A stretch of DNA of 49,914 nucleotides from Bacteroidota bacterium (lineage in GTDB: Bacteria; Bacteroidota; Bacteroidia; UKL13-3): the NCBI GenBank assembly GCA_041302975.1, contig JBFYQC010000129.1, positions 1-49,914 on the forward strand, given 5' to 3'. Shown here one piece after another: positions 44,776 to 49,914 of this stretch (its first letter is position 1; every line of letters begins with the position of its first letter). Below the pieces are notes generated by a model. That model did not search any database, was not told the DNA's origin, and saw only the letters and a list, made by a program, of their open reading frames with translations. The position numbers were made by a program, and so were the translations under genes.

Positions 44776-45449
44776 AATTCAAACTTATATCCAACACCTT
44801 TAACTGTGCCAATATAATCATCACCAATTTTTTCACGAAGTTTACGAATATGCACATCTATTGTTCTATCAACTACCAGTACTTCATCTCCCCATACTTT
44901 TTCTAAAATATATTCACGGGTAAACACTTTTCCGGGCTTACTTGCCAACAAAAACAATAGCTCAAATTCTTTTCGTGCTAATTGTATTTTCTCATCACCT
45001 TTGTATACCAAAAAAGTTTCTCTGTCTATAACAATATCTCCTGCAGTTATTTTTTGTTCAACAACTTCTTTGCTTTTACGTCTTAATATAGCACTAATTC
45101 TACTTAATAAAACTCTCGGTTTTATTGGCTTTGAAATATAATCATCAGCACCTGCATTAAATCCTGCAATTTCACTGTATTCCTCAGCTCTGGCTGTTAA
45201 AAACACAACAAATGTTTTATCAAAATCACGGTCTGCTTTAATTTGTTTACAAGCTTCAATGCCATCCATTACTGGCATCATAACATCCAACAAAATAAGG
45301 TCAGGTTTTATTTTTTTACCTACAGAAATGGCTTCTTGTCCGTTGTGCGCTAAATGTACATCATACCCTTCTTTTTTCAGGTTGTATTGAATAAACTCTA
45401 ATATGTCGTTTTCATCATCAACCACTAAAATTTTATGCACGTTTTCCAT
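44772..45449 (-). CDS. Response regulator, OmpR/PhoB winged-helix family
   Basis: KILVVDDE, LILLDVMMPVMDG, and a C-terminal winged helix VDRTIDVHIRKLREKI...VKGVGYKF. The stop overlaps the kinase ATG (ATGA). An alternative ATG is at 45470. Confidence 0.9.
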   Translation of the reverse strand: MENVHKILVVDDENDILEFIQYNLKKEGYDVHLAHNGQEAISVGKKIKPDLILLDVMMPVMDGIEACKQIKADRDFDKTFVVFLTARAEEYSEIAGFNAGADDYISKPIKPRVLLSRISAILRRKSKEVVEQKITAGDIVIDRETFLVYKGDEKIQLARKEFELLFLLASKPGKVFTREYILEKVWGDEVLVVDRTIDVHIRKLREKIGDDYIGTVKGVGYKFEL

Positions 45450-45504
45450 ATCTAAATTTTTCTGTAACATTCGTGGTATCTTATAATTTCAATATTACGC
45501 AAAA

Positions 45505-45659
45505 GTTAAGTTAATGTTAAGCACCCTTGTGTTTTATATTGTTTGGTATGATATAAATCTTGGTTTGTGAAATGATAATATTTACTAATCTAAAGCCAAG
45601 TTAAGCGAACATAAGTTAACCCAATTATTCATGTTTGGTTAAATCAATAGGCTTGTTAA
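45505..45659. promoter_or_regulatory. Cluster of seven GTTAA pentamers in the leader/promoter region of the OmpR-type operon
   Basis: GTTAA starts at 45505, 45510, 45516, 45600, 45615, 45638 and 45655. From base composition I estimate roughly 0.5 expected in this 285-nt spacer. Confidence 0.2.
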
Positions 45660-45755
45660 ATTTGCCAACCTTGATTTTATGCTAAAAAAAACTGCTTGAT
45701 AAAAAGGGCATATTGGATAAAAATCTGTAAGCATTTAAGCTGTTTACAAGGTTGA

Positions 45756-46856
45756 TCATCTTAAGATCTCCGCAAGTTTTTCGTCTAATGCTTTACCTCG
45801 TAAATTTTTCGCTATAATTTTTCCATCTGCATCAATCAAAACCGTAAATGGTATTGATTCGATATTATATAAATTTACCACAGACGAATTCCATTTCATC
45901 AAATCACTTACATGTGTCCACAATAATTTATCATCGTTGATGGCTTTTTGCCAGGCGTCTCTGTTGTCATCCAACGATACGCTGAAAATTTCAAATCCAC
46001 GTGTTTTGTATTTGTTATAAGCGTTCACCAAGTTTGGACTCTCCTCGCGGCAAGGGCGGCACCAACTGGCCCAAAAATCAACCAGAACTGTTTTGCCACG
46101 CAAGCTTGATAATGAAATTGTTTTGCCAAACGGATCTTGCAACACAACATCAGGTGCTAAACTGCCAATAGCTGTTTTACCTAGTACTTCAATACGTTTG
46201 TGTAATTCTTGCGCATATTTACTTTTTGAAAACTCGGCATAATATTTTGCATCAACTTGTTTTAAAAAATCGAAGTTGGCTTGCGGCATTAAATAATTGG
46301 TGGCAAAATATGGCACCAAAGAGTTTTCCAATTGCATAGCGGTTTGTTGCATTTCTAATTCACGTGCTTTCATAATGCTGTCGTATTCGCCACGTATTTG
46401 TTCTTGCACAGCCACCGGTGGAATGTTATCTCCATATTGTGCATACTTGCCTTCAATGGCTTGTACCAATTGCATGTACTTGTTGTTTACTTTAAGCAGT
46501 TGTTTTAATTTCTCCGTTTCACCACTGCCTTTTATGGTAAACTCTTCAGGCTTGTTTGCATCAATGGTCATTACAATTTCGGCCATCGAATCAACCACCA
46601 AAACGGCTGCACTGTTGTTCATTTGTATCACACAAAAAGTACGTTCACTGATGTTGCCATTAAACTCAAACGAGCCATCGGGTGCAACGGTTGCTGAATC
46701 AATAAAAACCAAACCTTTTGGTGTTAACTCTTGTATGGTTAGTTGTGTTGCTGTTAGGTTGGTTATTGTTCCTTTTACTACAAACCCTTTTTTCTCTTCG
46801 GGTTTAGCGCAGGCTATGGTTAGTAATAAGAGGGCTGCTACAAAAAAATTTTTCAT
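45756..46856 (-). CDS. TlpA/ResA-like thiol:disulfide oxidoreductase lipoprotein with ~230-aa N-terminal domain
   Basis: Lipobox LLLLTIACAKP and a C-terminal thioredoxin fold with VDFWASWCRPCREE. The track start 46895 adds 13 aa. Confidence 0.85.
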   Translation of the reverse strand: MKNFFVAALLLLTIACAKPEEKKGFVVKGTITNLTATQLTIQELTPKGLVFIDSATVAPDGSFEFNGNISERTFCVIQMNNSAAVLVVDSMAEIVMTIDANKPEEFTIKGSGETEKLKQLLKVNNKYMQLVQAIEGKYAQYGDNIPPVAVQEQIRGEYDSIMKARELEMQQTAMQLENSLVPYFATNYLMPQANFDFLKQVDAKYYAEFSKSKYAQELHKRIEVLGKTAIGSLAPDVVLQDPFGKTISLSSLRGKTVLVDFWASWCRPCREESPNLVNAYNKYKTRGFEIFSVSLDDNRDAWQKAINDDKLLWTHVSDLMKWNSSVVNLYNIESIPFTVLIDADGKIIAKNLRGKALDEKLAEILR

Positions 46857-46875
46857 GTGTAAGTGTATTAAAGTT

Positions 46876-46907
46876 CGAACCAATTGATGAATCAACCCGA
46901 ACCAATT
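46876..46907. repeat. 10-nt direct repeat CGAACCAATT x2 (22-nt period) in the gatB/tlpA spacer
   Basis: Exact copies lie at 46876-46885 and 46898-46907. Confidence 0.5.
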
Positions 46908-46920
46908 TTTAAACGCGTAA

Positions 46921-48378
46921 TTATGCTTTATCCAATGTGTCTTTAACCATTTGGCTGGCTACTTTAGGGTCGGCTTTGCCTTTACTTAATTTCATTACCT
47001 CACCCATAAATAAACCAACTAAACTTACTTTACCACCTTTGTATTCGGTAACTTTTTCAGGAAATTTAGCAATAGCGGCATCTATCCATTGTTGCAATTC
47101 ATCACTGTTACTTTCTTGCAACAAGTTTAATGCTTCTGCAATTTGTAAAGCAGTTTTTTCGGGTTGATTGATTAACTCGCCAAATACTTTTTGGGTAGCC
47201 ACCGAGTTACTTATTTTACCATCATCAATTAACAAAATGATTTCGGCAATTTGTTCCGGTTTTAAAACAAAATCATTGATGTCAATTGCGTTTTCGTTTA
47301 AGTAACCTTTTACTTGAACCATTACCCAATTGGCTGCAGCTTTGGTGTTATTGGTATGTTGTAACACGGCTTCAAAATACTCGGCCACTTCTCTGCTTTC
47401 GGTTAATACTCCTGCATCATACTCACTCAAACCATACTCGTTGGTAAACTTAGCAAACAATGCTTTGGGCAACTGTGGCATCAAGTGTTTTACCTCATCA
47501 ATAAAATGTTGGGTGATGTGCAATGGTGGCAAATCAGGCTCCGGGAAATAACGGTAATCGCTTGCACCTTCTTTGGTACGCATTACTATGGTTATACCTT
47601 TTGTCGCTTCGAAAGTGCGGGTTTCTTGGTATATTTTTTCTCCATTTTCTATGGCTTCAATTTGGCGTTTTATCTCATGGTCGATTGCACGTTGCACGTT
47701 ACGAATCGAGTTCATGTTTTTAACTTCAACCTTTACACCAAATTCTTGAGCACCGCGTAAGCGTACTGATACATTCGCATCGCAACGCATACTGCCTTCT
47801 TCCATGTTACCATCACAAATACCTAAGTAGCGCACCAACTTACGTACCTCAGTTAAAAACTGATAAGCTTCTTCGCCTGTTCGCATATCGGGGTGCGATA
47901 CCATTTCTACCAGTGCTGTTCCTGCACGGTTGTAGTCAATCAAGGTATCAAACACATCTTGGTCGTGCATACTTTTTCCAGTATCCTCTTCCATGTGAAT
48001 ACGAATTAGCTCCACACGCTTTTCGCTACCATCTTTTAGTTTAATATCAATATGTCCGTTTTCGCAAATAGGCGTATTGTGTTGAGATATTTGATAACCT
48101 TTAGGTAAATCGGCATAAAAGTAATTTTTACGCGCATAGTAATTGTGCTCGGCAATATCGCAACCGCAAGCCACGCCTAACTTTACGGCATTTTTTACCG
48201 CTTCTTTATTGTGTACTGGCAAGGTGCCCGGGTGACCTAAACTTATCGGACTAATTAATGTGTTGGGTGAAGCTCCATACTCAACGGCATCGCTGCAAAA
48301 TGCTTTACTTTTGGTAAGCATTTGGGCATGCACCTCTAATCCTATAACTGCTTCGTATTTATCGTAATCAATGCTCAT
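46921..48378 (-). CDS. gatB: Asp-tRNA(Asn)/Glu-tRNA(Gln) amidotransferase subunit B
   Basis: YEAVIGLEVHAQM N-terminus, CDANVSVR, RYFPEPDLPP, and a C-terminal YqeY-like tail. 485 aa. Confidence 0.95.
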   Translation of the reverse strand: MSIDYDKYEAVIGLEVHAQMLTKSKAFCSDAVEYGASPNTLISPISLGHPGTLPVHNKEAVKNAVKLGVACGCDIAEHNYYARKNYFYADLPKGYQISQHNTPICENGHIDIKLKDGSEKRVELIRIHMEEDTGKSMHDQDVFDTLIDYNRAGTALVEMVSHPDMRTGEEAYQFLTEVRKLVRYLGICDGNMEEGSMRCDANVSVRLRGAQEFGVKVEVKNMNSIRNVQRAIDHEIKRQIEAIENGEKIYQETRTFEATKGITIVMRTKEGASDYRYFPEPDLPPLHITQHFIDEVKHLMPQLPKALFAKFTNEYGLSEYDAGVLTESREVAEYFEAVLQHTNNTKAAANWVMVQVKGYLNENAIDINDFVLKPEQIAEIILLIDDGKISNSVATQKVFGELINQPEKTALQIAEALNLLQESNSDELQQWIDAAIAKFPEKVTEYKGGKVSLVGLFMGEVMKLSKGKADPKVASQMVKDTLDKA

Positions 48379-48483
48379 GTATGCTAAAATCTGAATATGG
48401 TGCGAAATTAAGTATAAATTTTGGTTTAAGCCGCCAAAATAATCAAGCCTTGTTTAAGTAGTAATTTGCTGGTTTACTGCGTT

Positions 48484-49242
48484 TTATTTGGTTTTGGTGA
48501 ATTCGCAAGTAACGCCTTCCTTATTGGTGAGCAATAAAGTATTGTTGTTTATTTGGTACGTATCAACATTGTTAAACACAGCTAAAAATGCCTGTTCCAT
48601 GGCATTGGTACAAGCCATTTTGGTGGTGGCTAAATTTCCCATATGTACTTTGTAGCCTCTTAAAACAAACTTTCCACTAAAACGGTTGCAACCTGTGTTG
48701 CCTGATATGGTGTTTAACTCCCCATTAATTTCTAACTGCGGAATATTGTTTGAACCCAAATGCGGAGGTACATTTTTGTTGTTAACTTTTGTGATGATCC
48801 ATTTACCATTGATGCGTTTGTCGTAAATATTCATACCACAACCATGCAAAGTATCGCTTCCGTACAAAGCCGCTACTTTTATGGAATGTTTTTCTCCACT
48901 CATGACATCGGTGCAGGGTTGATGTAAAACCATTAAATTAAACTTACCGTTTGGTGTATTGTAAGTTAAAAGATAAGTTTGGCTATCGGTTGGGAAGATG
49001 CTCTCCGTTGGTAACACAAACAGTTGCTTGTTCATTCCTTCAAACCTCACTTCTTTGCCATCATACACTTCTAAATTCCAAAATGGTTCTTGGCCGTAAG
49101 CAAAAAAACTCACGCCTTTTTCCAATAAACGGGTGTTCCTGTCTGTTGTGTTTATTTGGGTTGATGGTTTAGGTTTAGTACCGCCACAAGCCGCTAAAAC
49201 AGCTACCAAAATGGTAATCATCCAAATGTTATTTTTATGCAT
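48484..49242 (-). CDS. Lipoprotein with C-terminal META (HslJ-like) domain
   Basis: Lipobox LVAVLAACGG and META-type motif SGNTGCNRFSGKF ... LATTKMAC. Confidence 0.65.
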   Translation of the reverse strand: MHKNNIWMITILVAVLAACGGTKPKPSTQINTTDRNTRLLEKGVSFFAYGQEPFWNLEVYDGKEVRFEGMNKQLFVLPTESIFPTDSQTYLLTYNTPNGKFNLMVLHQPCTDVMSGEKHSIKVAALYGSDTLHGCGMNIYDKRINGKWIITKVNNKNVPPHLGSNNIPQLEINGELNTISGNTGCNRFSGKFVLRGYKVHMGNLATTKMACTNAMEQAFLAVFNNVDTYQINNNTLLLTNKEGVTCEFTKTK

Positions 49243-49253
49243 AACGATAAGTT

Positions 49254-49508
49254 TTATTTAAATAAACTGTTCACCAAATCAACATAATGTTGCATGGCTT
49301 GCTCGCGGGTTAAACTTTTTTTAGTTGACCATGCATTGTATTTGGCGGCATTGATAAAATCGAACATGCCCGGTTTTTCTCCGTGTACATCGCCAACTGA
49401 TGCTTGTTTGTGGTACGAATACAAGTCTAATAAAATATCATTACTTGGGCGTTGCGATAAGGTATGTACGCGTTTTGATGCTTCTTCAAATTGTTCCTCT
49501 AATGTCAT
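49254..49508 (-). CDS. Acyl-CoA-binding protein (ACBP)
   Basis: 84 aa with PSNDILLDLYSYHKQASVGD and GMFDFINAAKYNAW, the ACBP signature pattern. Confidence 0.8.
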   Translation of the reverse strand: MTLEEQFEEASKRVHTLSQRPSNDILLDLYSYHKQASVGDVHGEKPGMFDFINAAKYNAWSTKKSLTREQAMQHYVDLVNSLFK

Positions 49509-49512
49509 GATT

Positions 49513-49520
49513 CAAATTTA
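49513..49520 (-). promoter_or_regulatory. Candidate -7 box (TAAATTTG on minus strand) 5 nt from the ACBP ATG
   Basis: Plus strand reads CAAATTTA at 49513-49520, and the ATG begins at 49508. Confidence 0.3.
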
Positions 49521-49535
49521 GGTATTAAAACAAAA

Positions 49536-49566
49536 GCTGTTTCATTTTTAAATAAAATGAAACAGC
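49536..49566 (-). terminator. Stem-loop after alaS
   Basis: GCTGTTTCATTTT / AAAATGAAACAGC perfect 13-bp stem with a 5-nt loop, 23 nt past the stop at 49589. Confidence 0.8.
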
Positions 49567-49588
49567 CTGTTACAAATTTTTATATGGA

Positions 49589-49914
49589 TTAAATAATGGT
49601 TTTGGCTTTTTCTAAAGCAGCTTGTAAACCATTTAAGTTGTTACCTCCGGCTGTGGCATAAAATGGCTGTCCGCCACCGCCACCTTGAATTTCCTTGGCC
49701 AAATCTTTAACAATATTACCTGCATGTAATTTTTTATCGGCCACTAAATTATCGCTGATAATTACACTTAACATAGGTTTGCCATTTAATTCACAACCCA
49801 AAACACAAAATAAATTTTCTACTTCTGTTTTCAATTGGAATGACAAATTCTTTAGTTGCTCTGCGGAAGAGATTGTTATTAGTTGAATAAGTTGATTGGT
49901 TGATTGGTTTGATA
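49589..49914 (-). CDS. alaS: Alanine--tRNA ligase, C-terminal (DHHA1) fragment; 5' end outside window
   Basis: KEIQGGGGGQPFYATAGG is the AlaRS C-terminal DHHA1 signature. I checked that the reading frame stays open from 49846 to the window edge (…ISSAEQLKNLSFQLK…). Confidence 0.8.
   Translation of the reverse strand, partial: SNQSTNQLIQLITISSAEQLKNLSFQLKTEVENLFCVLGCELNGKPMLSVIISDNLVADKKLHAGNIVKDLAKEIQGGGGGQPFYATAGGNNLNGLQAALEKAKTII

Noticed and set aside
46871-46885. AGTTCGAACC resembling a tRNA T-arm
   Set aside because: The spacer is only 64 nt. It has no acceptor, D-arm or anticodon-arm complementarity around it. The sequence is part of the direct repeat reported above.
46297-46887. 196-aa ORF on the plus strand, antisense to the TlpA-like gene
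   Set aside because: It lies entirely inside a well-supported gene on the other strand. Its Cys/Ser-rich, low-complexity composition is typical of antisense frames, and it has no motif, signal or independent promoter.
1-49914. Search for rRNA, tRNA, CRISPR arrays, transposases/integrases, prophage genes, toxin-antitoxin pairs or known defence genes
   Set aside because: I recognised none on either strand. Every ORF above 200 aa is accounted for by housekeeping, envelope or regulatory functions, or by signal-peptide hypotheticals.

Overview
This 49.9-kb window appears to come from a low-GC Bacteroidota chromosome. The evidence is several type IX secretion (T9SS) C-terminal sorting domains, many perfect TAnnTTTG -7 promoter boxes 19-61 nt upstream of start codons, a bacillithiol gene, and very little Shine-Dalgarno signal. 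I call about 50 protein-coding genes. Most are housekeeping: ispE, dcd, ftsE, prfB, mnmA, a thiolase, bshB1, ccmCDEF, kdsC, lpxK, gatB and a partial alaS. Interspersed with these are surface and secreted genes: five T9SS-type cargo proteins, a 625-aa putative porin, several lipoproteins and two two-component systems. I found no rRNA, tRNA, CRISPR array, transposase, integrase or recognisable defence gene. Three items are missing or mis-drawn in the supplied ORF track. The first is the 5' exon of prfB, which lies upstream of a classical +1 programmed frameshift (AGGAGG TAT CTT TGA C). The second is a 55-codon ccmD-like ORF between ccmC and ccmE. The third is a partial metallophosphoesterase gene running off the left edge. 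I cannot point to a clear-cut undescribed system. The best candidates for follow-up are: (a) the tightly packed lpxK / LVIVD-T9SS protein / putative-porin operon with its neighbouring GDPD-LamG T9SS protein and propeller sensor kinase + LuxR regulator; (b) a reduced System I cytochrome c maturation cluster whose CcmE carries CxxxY instead of HxxxY; (c) a 38-codon lipoprotein-like micro-ORF abutting a glycosyltransferase start codon. All functional calls rest on motif recognition by eye, and no database search was possible.
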